A stretch of 64,000 nt of DNA from an uncultured Clostridia bacterium (GTDB taxonomy: Bacteria; Bacillota; Clostridia; TANB77; CAG-508). The position numbers were made by a program, and so were the translations under genes. Under the pieces are notes generated by a model, which saw nothing but the letters and a program-made list of their open reading frames with translations, searched no databases and was not told the DNA's origin. Below are positions 50,038 to 60,528 of this stretch, piece after piece (the stretch's first letter is position 1; the number at the start of each line of letters is the position of its first letter). Where the stretch lies: contig CALXWL010000003.1 of assembly GCA_944392385.1 (NCBI GenBank), forward strand, positions 95 through 64,094. Direction: 5' to 3'.

Positions 50038-50794
50038 AAAAGTATTAATAATGGGAATAAGAAACAAATGGAGCATTGCTTATGGTATAGCAAAATCAGC
50101 GTATGAAAATGGAGCACAGTTAATATTTACATATATGGGTGCTGATAATAAAGAAAAAATTGAAGAATTAATCTCTGATTTTAAAGGAGCAAAAGCATAT
50201 GTATGTGATGCTGCCTCAGAAGATGAAGTAGTAAGAAAAACTTTCATGAAAATAAAAGAAGAAAATGGAAAAATAGATGGAATAGTACACGCAATAGCAC
50301 ATGCAAACACAGAAGACTTACACCATGACTTCATATATACAGGAAAAGAAGGCTTTTCACATGCAAATGATGTAAGTGCATATTCACTGGTATTAGTTGC
50401 AAGAATGGCAAAAGAAATAGACATGTTAAATGATAAAGCAAGTATACTAACACTTACATATTATGGCTCTACAAAAGTTTTACCAGGATACAATGTAATG
50501 GGAATTGCAAAGGCAGCACTAGAAGCAAGTGTAAGATATTTAGCAGAAAACTTAGGAAAAGAACAAATTAGAGTAAATGCAATATCAGCAGGACCTATAA
50601 AAACATTATCAGCAAAAGGAATAAAAGATTTCAATTCAATACTAGGAATAGTAGAAAAAACGGCACCACTACATAAAAATGTAACAATAGAACAAGTAGG
50701 CGATGTATCAACATTCTTATTAAGTAGTATGTCTGAATGTATAACAGGTCAAGTAATATATGCAGATAATGGATATAACATTATGGGCATGTAG
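50021..50794 (+). CDS. fabI: enoyl-ACP reductase (NADH), FabI type
   Basis: [21 protein letters not shown]; Y-x6-K (YNVMGIAKAALE); ATG 50021 behind AAGGAGA. Confidence 0.9.
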   Translation: MLLKNKKVLIMGIRNKWSIAYGIAKSAYENGAQLIFTYMGADNKEKIEELISDFKGAKAYVCDAASEDEVVRKTFMKIKEENGKIDGIVHAIAHANTEDLHHDFIYTGKEGFSHANDVSAYSLVLVARMAKEIDMLNDKASILTLTYYGSTKVLPGYNVMGIAKAALEASVRYLAENLGKEQIRVNAISAGPIKTLSAKGIKDFNSILGIVEKTAPLHKNVTIEQVGDVSTFLLSSMSECITGQVIYADNGYNIMGM

Positions 50795-50830
50795 ATTATA
50801 AATTATATAAAAGGAAAGGAATAAAAGATA

Positions 50831-51886
50831 TTGAAAGGTATAAAAGTAGGAGATAAAATCTCAAAATACCCAATCATACAAGGAGGTATGGGGGTTGGTA
50901 TATCAATGCATAAATTAGCGGGAACTGTTGCAAAAGAAGGAGGAATTGGCATTATATCAACAGCAGATATTGGATATCAAGAAGAAAATTTTAATACAAA
51001 CCCACTAGAAGCAAACAAAACTGCAATAAAAAAAGAAATAGAAAAAGCAAGAAAAATAGCAGGAAAAGATGGAATAATAGGTGTAAATATAATGGTAGCT
51101 TTAAATAATTATGCAGAATTAGTAAAAGAATGTGTAAAACAAAAAATAGACTTAATAATCTCAGGAGCAGGAATTCCAAAAGAATTACCAGAATATGTAA
51201 GAAAAAGCAAAACTAAAATTGCACCAATCGTTTCATCTTTAAGATGTTGTAAGCTTATAGTAAAACATTGGAAAAGTAAATACAATTATATACCAGATAT
51301 GATAGTAGTAGAAGGGCCAGAAGCGGGAGGACACTTAGGTTATAAACCAGAAGAACTAACAAAAGAAGAAAACAAACTAGAAAATATAACAAAAGAAGTA
51401 GTAGAATACATAAAAGATGTAGAAAAAGAAACAGGAAACAAAATACCAGTAATTGCAGCAGGAGGTATATGGAATTCTAAAGACATAAAAAAATTCTTAG
51501 AATTAGGAGCATCAGGAGTTCAAATGGCAACAAGGTTTGTAGCAACAGAAGAATGTGATGCAAGCGAAGAATTTAAACAAGCATACATAAATGCAAAAAA
51601 AGAAGATATAAAAATAATAAAAAGCCCAGTAGGAATGCCAGGAAGAGCAATATACAATAGCTTCATAAAATCAACAGAAGAGCAAAAGCAAAAAATAGAA
51701 AAATGCTATAAATGCATAAAAACATGTGATGCAAGTAAAACACCATATTGTATAACAAAAGCATTAATAAATGCAGTAGAAGGTAATGTAGATAAAGCAT
51801 TGCTATTTTGTGGAAGTAATGTATATAAAGTAAAAGAAATAGTATCAGTACATAAATTAATGCAAGAATTAGTATGTGAATTATAA
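50831..51886 (+). CDS. nitronate monooxygenase-family flavoprotein, FabK-like enoyl-ACP reductase II candidate
   Basis: YPIIQGGMGVGIS ... IAAGGIWN ... GASGVQMATRF TIM-barrel FMN motifs; TTG start; last gene of the fab cluster. Confidence 0.6.
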   Translation: MKGIKVGDKISKYPIIQGGMGVGISMHKLAGTVAKEGGIGIISTADIGYQEENFNTNPLEANKTAIKKEIEKARKIAGKDGIIGVNIMVALNNYAELVKECVKQKIDLIISGAGIPKELPEYVRKSKTKIAPIVSSLRCCKLIVKHWKSKYNYIPDMIVVEGPEAGGHLGYKPEELTKEENKLENITKEVVEYIKDVEKETGNKIPVIAAGGIWNSKDIKKFLELGASGVQMATRFVATEECDASEEFKQAYINAKKEDIKIIKSPVGMPGRAIYNSFIKSTEEQKQKIEKCYKCIKTCDASKTPYCITKALINAVEGNVDKALLFCGSNVYKVKEIVSVHKLMQELVCEL

Positions 51887-51967
51887 AATTTAAAATATAA
51901 AAGAAAAAGTATGTACATGAAAAAATTGCACATAATATTAACATCTTGGTGTAGTAGGAGGTAAGAA

Positions 51968-52099
51968 ATGGCTGATAAAAAGAATAACAAATGTAAAAAA
52001 ACGAAACAAAAAGCAAATATAAGACAAGAGATTAAAGAAGATTATAAGACAGGGATAAAATATTATGAAGAAATAGAAAAAACTCATGAAGATGTATAA
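51968..52099 (+). CDS. small basic protein (43 aa), unknown function
   Basis: Not in the ORF track; AGGAGG 6 nt before the ATG; MADKKNNKCKKTKQKANIRQEIKEDYKTGIKYYEEIEKTHEDV; terminator hairpin at 52135-52160. Confidence 0.5.
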   Translation: MADKKNNKCKKTKQKANIRQEIKEDYKTGIKYYEEIEKTHEDV

Positions 52100-52219
52100 T
52101 AAAAAATAGTACTAACAATATAACATATAGGAATAGGGGCCATATAAATGGCTCTTTTATAATATAATTATTGAATATCTGGGGAAAATATTGTATTATA
52201 ATATTTGAGGGAGGCAAAC

Positions 52220-53047
52220 ATGGATTTATCTAATGAAAATGTTATTCATAAAAAGGAAGAAGGAGTAGAATATCTTCAATTTAGAAGATTATTAGAATAT
52301 AAAGATAATATAACGCATGCTGTTACAGTAGGAAAAAATAATGATTTTAGAATTCCATTTTATAAATCTACACAGAATAAATTAACAGATGAACAAATAG
52401 AAAAAAATAAAAACAGTTATAAAAAAATATGTAAAGTTATTGGAATAGAATATAACGATATAGTAAAAACAAATCAGGTTCATAAAGATATAATAAAAAA
52501 AGTAAATGATAAAGTAAATAAAAATGAACCAGATTTTTTTGAGGAAATTTATGAAGGCACAGATGGACTAGTAACAAACAAAAAAAATCTAGCCATATGC
52601 ACAACAAATGCAGACTGCATAGTTTTAATGATGTATGATACAAAAAAACATGTGATTGCAAATGTACATTCTGGATGGAGAGGCACAATACAAAAAGTAT
52701 CAGCCAAAACCATAGAAAAAATGGAACAAATATATGGATGCAATCCAAAAAATATAATCTGTTGTATAAGTCCAAGTATAAGAAAGTGCCATTTTGAGGT
52801 AGATGAAGATGTTAAAAATATGTTTGAAAACAGTTTTAAAGATATAAGTAAATTTGCAAGTAAAGAGAATAAATGGCATATAGATACAGTTAAGATAAAT
52901 ATAGAAATATTAAAAGAAAAGGGAGTAAAGGAGGAAAATATAATAGATTCTAAAATATGTACTGTATGTAATTCTAACTTAATACATTCATATAGAGGCT
53001 CAAATAAACATAATGGACTAGAAATGGGAATTATAGAATTAAAGTAA
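52220..53047 (+). CDS. pgeF: YfiH/PgeF-family (DUF152) purine nucleoside phosphorylase / peptidoglycan editing factor
   Basis: HSGWRGT, CHFEV and CTVCN...HSYR motifs; ATG 52220 behind GAGGGAGG. Confidence 0.8.
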   Translation: MDLSNENVIHKKEEGVEYLQFRRLLEYKDNITHAVTVGKNNDFRIPFYKSTQNKLTDEQIEKNKNSYKKICKVIGIEYNDIVKTNQVHKDIIKKVNDKVNKNEPDFFEEIYEGTDGLVTNKKNLAICTTNADCIVLMMYDTKKHVIANVHSGWRGTIQKVSAKTIEKMEQIYGCNPKNIICCISPSIRKCHFEVDEDVKNMFENSFKDISKFASKENKWHIDTVKINIEILKEKGVKEENIIDSKICTVCNSNLIHSYRGSNKHNGLEMGIIELK

Positions 53048-53102
53048 ATTAGCATGTAAAAATAGCACATAAAATCATCAAACTAAACGAAAGGAATATA
53101 AA

Positions 53103-53636
53103 ATGATAAAAGCAATAAAACATTTTAACTTAATTACAAAACATAAATGGCAAGTATTTAAACTATGTATAAGAGCAGGAATACCATGGAGAGGATTGGT
53201 GCACGATTTATCAAAATACTCTCCAACTGAATTTTTTGAATCTGCAAAATTTTATGTAGGTGACCATAGCCCAATAACAGAAGCCAAAAAAACAAATGGA
53301 TATTCAAAAGCATGGTTACACCATAAAGGAAGAAATAAACACCATTATGAATATTGGTTTGATGGAACAGCACCTGATAAAACACCTGTAATTCCATACA
53401 AATATGCAGTTGAAATGGTGTGCGATACATTAGCAGCAGGGAAAACATATTTAGGTAAAAACTGGAAAAACAGTAGTCAATTAGAATATTGGAATAGAAC
53501 TAAAAATCTAACATACATAAATATAAAAACAGCAAATTTCTTAGAGGCAGTTTATAAAGAAGTAAGCGAAAAAGGGATAGAAAAAACAATAAACAAGAAA
53601 AACTTAAAAAGATTATATAAAAAATATTGTAAATAA
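53103..53636 (+). CDS. conserved hypothetical protein (His-rich, DUF5662-like)
   Basis: 177-aa ORF with RBS AAAGGAA; VHDLSKYSP...WLHHKGRNKHHYEYW. Confidence 0.6.
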   Translation: MIKAIKHFNLITKHKWQVFKLCIRAGIPWRGLVHDLSKYSPTEFFESAKFYVGDHSPITEAKKTNGYSKAWLHHKGRNKHHYEYWFDGTAPDKTPVIPYKYAVEMVCDTLAAGKTYLGKNWKNSSQLEYWNRTKNLTYINIKTANFLEAVYKEVSEKGIEKTINKKNLKRLYKKYCK

Positions 53637-53638
53637 CA

Positions 53639-53667
53639 TTGACAAAAGCAAACAAAAGTTCTATAAT
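53639..53667 (+). promoter_or_regulatory. consensus promoter of dinB with an embedded Cheo-box-like site
   Basis: TTGACA - 17 nt - TATAAT; the spacer contains AAAC-AAAA-GTTC (53650-53661). Confidence 0.6.
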
Positions 53668-53684
53668 TACAATAGGTGATTCTT

Positions 53685-54872
53685 ATGGATAGAAAAATAT
53701 TACATATAGATGTAAATAATGCATTTTTAAGTTGGCTTGCAGTATACAAGCTAAAAAATGGTGAAACTGTAGATATAAGAACAATTCCAGCTATTATAGG
53801 TGGAGATGAGGAAGCAAGAAAAGGAATAGTACTAGCTAAAAGTATGAAAGCAAAAGAATTTGGAATAGTAACAGGAGAACCAATATATCAAGCCAAAAGA
53901 AAATGTCCACAAATACAAGTATTTAAGGGAAATTTTGAAATTTATAGAGAGTATTCAAATAAACTATATAAATTATTATTAGAATATACAGATAAAATAG
54001 AAAGATTTAGTATAGATGAATGCTTTTTAGATATGACAGAATATCTAATGAAAGATACCCTAGAAAACAAAGCAAAAGAAATAAAAAGAAGAGTAAAAGA
54101 AGAATTAGGGTTTACGGTCAATATAGGACTTTCAAGTAACAAACTACTTGCAAAAATGGCATCAGATTTTGAAAAACCAGATAAAATTCACACATTATAT
54201 CCAAACGAAATACAAAATAAAATGTGGAATTTGAAAGTATCTGAATTATTTATGCTAGGAAGAAAAACTGTACCAACTTTATATAATATGGGAATAAAAA
54301 CGATAGGAGATTTAGCAAAAGCAGATAGAAATTTAATAATCAAAAAATTTGGGAAACATGGCAATCTAATGTGGGAATATGCAAATGGTATTGATAATTC
54401 AGAAGTCAACTATAAATATGAAAAACCAAAAGGTGTAGGAAATTCAATTACTCTTCCTATGGATGTATGTAATATAGAAAAATTAGAAGAAATATTATTA
54501 GAACTTACAGAACAAGTAACATATAGATTAAGAAAATATGAATTAATAGCAAATAGTGTAAATGTTCAATTAAGAACAAAAGAATTTAAAGACTTTTCAC
54601 ATCAAGGAAAATTAGATGTAGCAACATCTAGCACAAAACAAATATATGCAAAAGCAAAAAAATTGCTTGAAGAAATGTATAAAGAAGGAACATTTATAAG
54701 GCTTGTAGGAGTAAGAGTAGATAACCTAGAAGAAAAAGAAAGAAGACAATTATCATTATTTGAAGATAACGAAAAAAAGAAATTAGATAAGATAGATAAG
54801 GTAATGGATAGTTTAAAAGATAAATATGGATATGATTCAATTATATATGCAGGTAGATTAAAGAAGAAATGA
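53685..54872 (+). CDS. dinB: Y-family DNA polymerase IV
   Basis: ILHIDVNNAF, SIDECFLDMT catalytic motif, little-finger domain; ATG 53685 (the ORF track uses GTG 53676). Confidence 0.85.
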   Translation: MDRKILHIDVNNAFLSWLAVYKLKNGETVDIRTIPAIIGGDEEARKGIVLAKSMKAKEFGIVTGEPIYQAKRKCPQIQVFKGNFEIYREYSNKLYKLLLEYTDKIERFSIDECFLDMTEYLMKDTLENKAKEIKRRVKEELGFTVNIGLSSNKLLAKMASDFEKPDKIHTLYPNEIQNKMWNLKVSELFMLGRKTVPTLYNMGIKTIGDLAKADRNLIIKKFGKHGNLMWEYANGIDNSEVNYKYEKPKGVGNSITLPMDVCNIEKLEEILLELTEQVTYRLRKYELIANSVNVQLRTKEFKDFSHQGKLDVATSSTKQIYAKAKKLLEEMYKEGTFIRLVGVRVDNLEEKERRQLSLFEDNEKKKLDKIDKVMDSLKDKYGYDSIIYAGRLKKK

Positions 54873-54898
54873 AAAAACTTCTTCTTTAATTTTTTTTA
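54857..54898 (+). terminator. rho-independent terminator of dinB
   Basis: ATTAAAGAAGAA / TTCTTCTTTAAT 12-bp stem followed by T8. Confidence 0.85.
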
Positions 54899-55011
54899 AG
54901 AAAATATATCTATAATAATAGCAGAAAGAAAGATATAAATTCATATAAAGGTTTATGGGTAACCTTTAAAAAACCTAATATCTTTAGATAAGCCTATATA
55001 TTTTTCAACCT

Positions 55012-55341
55012 TTATTTATTACTTTTATTTATTTTACGCCCATTTGAATTTGAAACAACTTTATGATTATTTGCTGGTACTACCTTTAAAGTATAACCTA
55101 TTGCATGCAAGTATTTTACCATTGTTTGCATTGTAGGAGAATGTGTACCACTTTCCACTCTTGCTACAACACTTTGAGTTAATCCACTTTTTTTACTTAT
55201 TTCTGCTTGTGTTATTTTTTTATCTTTCCTTGCTTCAATACTTGCTTTTATTATTTCGCTTTCAATTCGTATTTCTTCTTCCTGTTCTGGGGTTATGTTT
55301 AGCTCCTTTCTTACTTCTTCCCAAGTTTTAAAATTACTCAT
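55012..55341 (-). CDS. XRE-family HTH antitoxin (HigA-like)
   Basis: KITQAEISKKSGLTQSVVARVESG HTH; its ATG overlaps the toxin stop (ATGAGTAA) and sits behind AGGAG. Confidence 0.75.
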   Translation of the reverse strand: MSNFKTWEEVRKELNITPEQEEEIRIESEIIKASIEARKDKKITQAEISKKSGLTQSVVARVESGTHSPTMQTMVKYLHAIGYTLKVVPANNHKVVSNSNGRKINKSNK

Positions 55342-55696
55342 TTTTAACACTCCTTTTTTTATAATCTTCTAATAATCTTTTGGCTTTTTCTATTTCAATT
55401 TTAGGTGTTTTTTGTGTTTGCTTCATAAATATATTCAATAATACAAACTTATTATTACACCAACTAGCAAATAGTATTCTATCCCTTATCGGTCTTAATT
55501 CCCATATTTCTCCGTCAAGATGTTTTATATAAGGTTCTCCAAGAGATAAGCCATATATGCTTAAATTATCAATGTATGATATGATTTTCTTAAATTTAAT
55601 ATTATTGCTTTTGTTAGGTTTGCTTTGCAGTTGTTGTAAATACTCTTCAATTTTACTTTTTCCATTTTTATCTTCATAAAATTCTATCGTGTACAT
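55334..55696 (-). CDS. RelE/ParE-superfamily toxin, Gp49/HigB-like
   Basis: MYTIEFYEDKNGKSKIEEYL ... GEIWELRPIRDRILF ... FMKQTQKTP, typical of phage Gp49-like toxins; toxin-first gene order. Confidence 0.75.
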   Translation of the reverse strand: MYTIEFYEDKNGKSKIEEYLQQLQSKPNKSNNIKFKKIISYIDNLSIYGLSLGEPYIKHLDGEIWELRPIRDRILFASWCNNKFVLLNIFMKQTQKTPKIEIEKAKRLLEDYKKRSVKNE

Positions 55697-55890
55697 TGTG
55701 TTTTTTTATCTCCTTTCATTATTATATTAACATTATAGCATATTTGCTATAAATTATCAATGCTATTACAATTTTTTTTGTTATATACTTACTTTTAAAC
55801 TTAAACTTTTTTAACTAAACTAAAAAAAAAGATTGAATTAATCCATAGAATTTGTTAAAATAGTAAACAAAAAAATAGGAGATGTTGTCT

Positions 55891-56673
55891 ATGGAAGAAA
55901 AGGGTTTTGTGATTACGGAAGAAAATGTAAAGGATTATGTGCGTGATATAGCAAGATGGATAAAAACACAGGTTGAAGATTCAGGAGCAAATGGTGTTGT
56001 TCTTGGAATGAGTAGCGGTGTAGATTGTAGCACAGTTGCAAGATTATGCAAAGAGGCGAGTATTGATACACACTTAATTATAATGCCATATGGTAATAGT
56101 ATGAATAAATCTAAAAGCTATGAATGTGCAATGGAATTAATAAATAAATTTGATTTTAGTTATCATGTGTTTGATATAAAGCCAGCAGTAGATTGTTTGC
56201 AGATTTCAAAGGATTCTGGACTTGTAAATGAATTAAATTCACAAAATCTTGCAATGACACATGCAAATATAAGACCACGAATAAGAATGACATATCTTTA
56301 TCAATATGCTTCACTTAATAATCTATTAGTAATTGGTACAGGAAATTTGTCAGAGCGTACAATAGGATATTTTACTAAGTGGGGAGATGGTGCATGTGAT
56401 ATAAATCCAATAGCAAATCTTACTAAAAAAGAGGTTTATATATTAGCAGAATATTTACAAGTTCCTACTAGTATAATAAATAAGAAACCATCAGCAGAGC
56501 TATGGGAAGGACAATGCGATGAAGATGAGATTGGTATAACTTATGAAAAAATTGATAATTTTATTTTGAATGGAACATCAGGAAATGAACAAGACGATGT
56601 CTTAATAAAAAGTAAACAGATAAAGTCTGAACATAAAAATAGGCCAATTCCAATGTTTTGCCCAAATGACTGA
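55891..56673 (+). CDS. nadE: NH3-dependent NAD+ synthetase
   Basis: PP-loop GMSSGVDCS; GTGNLSERTIGYFTKWGDG. Confidence 0.88.
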   Translation: MEEKGFVITEENVKDYVRDIARWIKTQVEDSGANGVVLGMSSGVDCSTVARLCKEASIDTHLIIMPYGNSMNKSKSYECAMELINKFDFSYHVFDIKPAVDCLQISKDSGLVNELNSQNLAMTHANIRPRIRMTYLYQYASLNNLLVIGTGNLSERTIGYFTKWGDGACDINPIANLTKKEVYILAEYLQVPTSIINKKPSAELWEGQCDEDEIGITYEKIDNFILNGTSGNEQDDVLIKSKQIKSEHKNRPIPMFCPND

Positions 56674-56692
56674 TATTAAGGAGAGTTTTACA

Positions 56693-57376
56693 ATGAAAAA
56701 GATTGCAATAATAGCTGCAATGGATCAAGAGCTAGCAGCTATAAAACAGAAATTTGATGATGTAGAAGAAAAAAGTTTAAATGATTTAGTATATTATTTG
56801 GGAAAGTTGAACCAAAAAGAATATATATTGATTAAAAGTGGAATAGGTAAAGTAAATGCTGCAAGAGTAACACAGGTTTTGATAGATAAATTTGATATAG
56901 AGTATATAATAAATGTAGGAACAGCTGGTTCCTTAAATGATAAGTTGGAAATAGGCGATATTATTATTGGTAAAGAACTAGTACAACATGATTTTGATAC
57001 AACTGCATTTGGTGATGAGAAAGGCTATATAACAGGTACAGGAAAGATATTTAAAAGTGATAGTAGACTTATAGACATGTATAAGAATTATATAGCTGAA
57101 AACAAGTTGGAATATAATACTATAATAGGTACAATAGCATCAGGTGATATATTTTGTACAGAAAAGTGGATGAAAGATAAAATACATGCAAAGTTTAATG
57201 CAGATTGTGTGGAAATGGAAGGTGCAGCAGTTGCACAAATATGTACATTAAATAGAGTGCCTTTTATTGTAATTCGCTCTATATCAGATAAGCCTAATGG
57301 GGAAAATCATATAGATTTTAATAGGTTTATTGATATAGCTTCAAGAAGATGTGCTGAATTGGTATTTTGTGGATAG
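56693..57376 (+). CDS. mtnN: 5-methylthioadenosine/S-adenosylhomocysteine nucleosidase
   Basis: MKKIAIIAAMDQE ... SGIGKVNAA ... VEMEGAAVAQ ... IRSISD. Confidence 0.9.
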   Translation: MKKIAIIAAMDQELAAIKQKFDDVEEKSLNDLVYYLGKLNQKEYILIKSGIGKVNAARVTQVLIDKFDIEYIINVGTAGSLNDKLEIGDIIIGKELVQHDFDTTAFGDEKGYITGTGKIFKSDSRLIDMYKNYIAENKLEYNTIIGTIASGDIFCTEKWMKDKIHAKFNADCVEMEGAAVAQICTLNRVPFIVIRSISDKPNGENHIDFNRFIDIASRRCAELVFCG

Positions 57377-57405
57377 CTTTATACTAACAACTTTTCCAAT
57401 AAATT

Positions 57406-57436
57406 AAATGAAAACACTTGAAAAGTGTTTTCATTT
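57406..57436 (+). terminator. rho-independent terminator after mtnN
   Basis: AAATGAAAACACTT-GAA-AAGTGTTTTCATTT perfect 14-bp stem. Confidence 0.8.
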
Positions 57437-57505
57437 GTTATAAAATAAGCACGTAAAAATATTTTTAATGACGCATTTTTCATTTGTGTCTAAAGGAGGA
57501 TTTGA

Positions 57506-58510
<1,005 letters not shown>

Positions 58511-58569
58511 TATGTATGGCAGGGATATAACCCTGCTCATATAGCAAAATTTAAAATAGGAGGAAATTT

Positions 58570-59757
58570 ATGAGTAAAAAAAATGTTAGAGATATTAATG
58601 TGGCAGGTAAAAAAGTTCTAGTTAGATGCGATTTTAATGTTCCAATTGATAGCCAAACTGGTAAAATTACAGATAACAGGAGAATAAGAGCTGCTATTCC
58701 AACAATTCAGTATTTATTAGATAATAACGCAAAGGTAATACTTTGTTCACATTTAGGTAGACCAAAGGGAGAGGTGAACCCTAAATATTCTTTAAAACCA
58801 GTTGCAGAGGAACTTTCAAAGTTATTAGGAAAAGAAGTTAAACTTGCAAAAGATGTAATTGGACCAGATGCTGAAAAACTAACTTCAAACATGAAAAATC
58901 AAGATGTTGTATTATTGGAAAATGTAAGATTTCATAAAGAAGAAGAAAAAAATGATCCAGAATTTGCTAAAAAACTAGCTTCATTTGCTGAAATATATGT
59001 AAATGATGCTTTTGGTACAGCACACAGAGCTCATAGCTCAACAGCAGGTGTAGCAGACTATTTACCAGCAGTATCTGGATTTTTAATTGAAAAAGAACTA
59101 GAATTTTTAGGAAAAGCATTAGAAAACCCTGAAAGACCTTTTGTAGCAATACTAGGTGGTGCAAAAGTTTCAGATAAAATAGGAGTTATAGAGAATTTAC
59201 TTGAAAAAGTAGATACATTAATTATTGGTGGAGGAATGGCATATACATTTTATAAAGCACTAGGACATGATATAGGAACATCAATATGTGAAGAAGATAA
59301 AATAGATTTAGCAAAAACAATTTTGGAAAAAGCAAAACAAAAAAACGTTAAGCTATTACTACCACTAGATAATCACGTATCTTCAGAATATTCAAACGAT
59401 GGAGAAGATAAGTTTGTGGATAAAGAAGAAATTCCAGATGGTTTTATGGGACTAGATATTGGACCAAAAACAATAGAAGCTTTCAAGGAGGCTATAAAAA
59501 CAGCTAAAACTGTATTATGGAATGGACCATTAGGAGTTACAGAATTTCCTAAATTTGCAGAAGGAACAAGAGCAATAGCAAATGCTTTAGCTCAAAGTCA
59601 AGCAGTTACAATAATTGGAGGAGGAGATTCAGCAGCAGCAATAGAAAAAATGGGCTTAGCAGACAAAATGACACATATTTCAACAGGAGGAGGAGCTTCA
59701 CTTGAATTTTTGGAAGGAAAAGTTTTACCAGGAATAGATTGTTTAAATGATAAATAA
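58570..59757 (+). CDS. pgk: phosphoglycerate kinase
   Basis: [28 protein letters not shown]. Confidence 0.95.
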   Translation: MSKKNVRDINVAGKKVLVRCDFNVPIDSQTGKITDNRRIRAAIPTIQYLLDNNAKVILCSHLGRPKGEVNPKYSLKPVAEELSKLLGKEVKLAKDVIGPDAEKLTSNMKNQDVVLLENVRFHKEEEKNDPEFAKKLASFAEIYVNDAFGTAHRAHSSTAGVADYLPAVSGFLIEKELEFLGKALENPERPFVAILGGAKVSDKIGVIENLLEKVDTLIIGGGMAYTFYKALGHDIGTSICEEDKIDLAKTILEKAKQKNVKLLLPLDNHVSSEYSNDGEDKFVDKEEIPDGFMGLDIGPKTIEAFKEAIKTAKTVLWNGPLGVTEFPKFAEGTRAIANALAQSQAVTIIGGGDSAAAIEKMGLADKMTHISTGGGASLEFLEGKVLPGIDCLNDK

Positions 59758-59769
59758 AATGGAGGTCAT

Positions 59770-60513
59770 ATGAATAATAGTAAAAATCTAATTATTATAT
59801 TAATAGCAATAATAGCAATACTGATAATAGCATTAACATGTGCAATTGTGTACATTTTTATGATAGGAAATGAAAATGCGGATAATAGAGTAGTTATAGA
59901 TTCTAATTCTACTAATCCAAATGACTATAACACAAACCAAACACAAAACAATACAGTAGATGATGTTAATAATTCAGCAGAAGAACTTGCAATACAAACT
60001 TTTAATTCGATTTTTGAGGTGTATTTGAATAAAGAACTTACAGCATCACAAATAAGAACATTATTTTCAGAAATTGAAAGTAGCAATACTCAAAATCTAG
60101 ACCACAACATAAGTTTATCTGCTGATGGAATAACCACTTCTGATGAAATAGATGATACAAAAACATATAAAGTTGAATTATCATATGATGATATTGGATA
60201 TATAAATGAAGTAACAATAACAGATTATACTACTACAATAGAAAATGGAAATACAACATCAAATGATTTAGAAAAAATAAACTTTAATAGTCAAATTATA
60301 CCATATTCAGGAAGAATAACAGGTGCTCAATTATATACTTTATTACAAACCGCCCAAGCAAGTAACAATGCAAACCCAGAACACCAAATAACTTTAACCT
60401 CAAGCAACTTACAAAGCTTAAACCAAATTGTTCAAACAGAATACTATATAATAACATTATCATATGATACAGAAGGATATGTTAATAACATAAACATAGA
60501 TAAGGAAATATAA
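59770..60513 (+). CDS. single-pass membrane protein of unknown function with an internally duplicated extracellular module
   Basis: TM helix LIIILIAIIAILIIALTCAIVYIF; two ~65-aa modules each ending LSYD..GY.N...I.D; RBS GGAGG. Confidence 0.7.
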   Translation: MNNSKNLIIILIAIIAILIIALTCAIVYIFMIGNENADNRVVIDSNSTNPNDYNTNQTQNNTVDDVNNSAEELAIQTFNSIFEVYLNKELTASQIRTLFSEIESSNTQNLDHNISLSADGITTSDEIDDTKTYKVELSYDDIGYINEVTITDYTTTIENGNTTSNDLEKINFNSQIIPYSGRITGAQLYTLLQTAQASNNANPEHQITLTSSNLQSLNQIVQTEYYIITLSYDTEGYVNNINIDKEI

Positions 60514-60528
60514 AAAGGAGAGAGTAAA

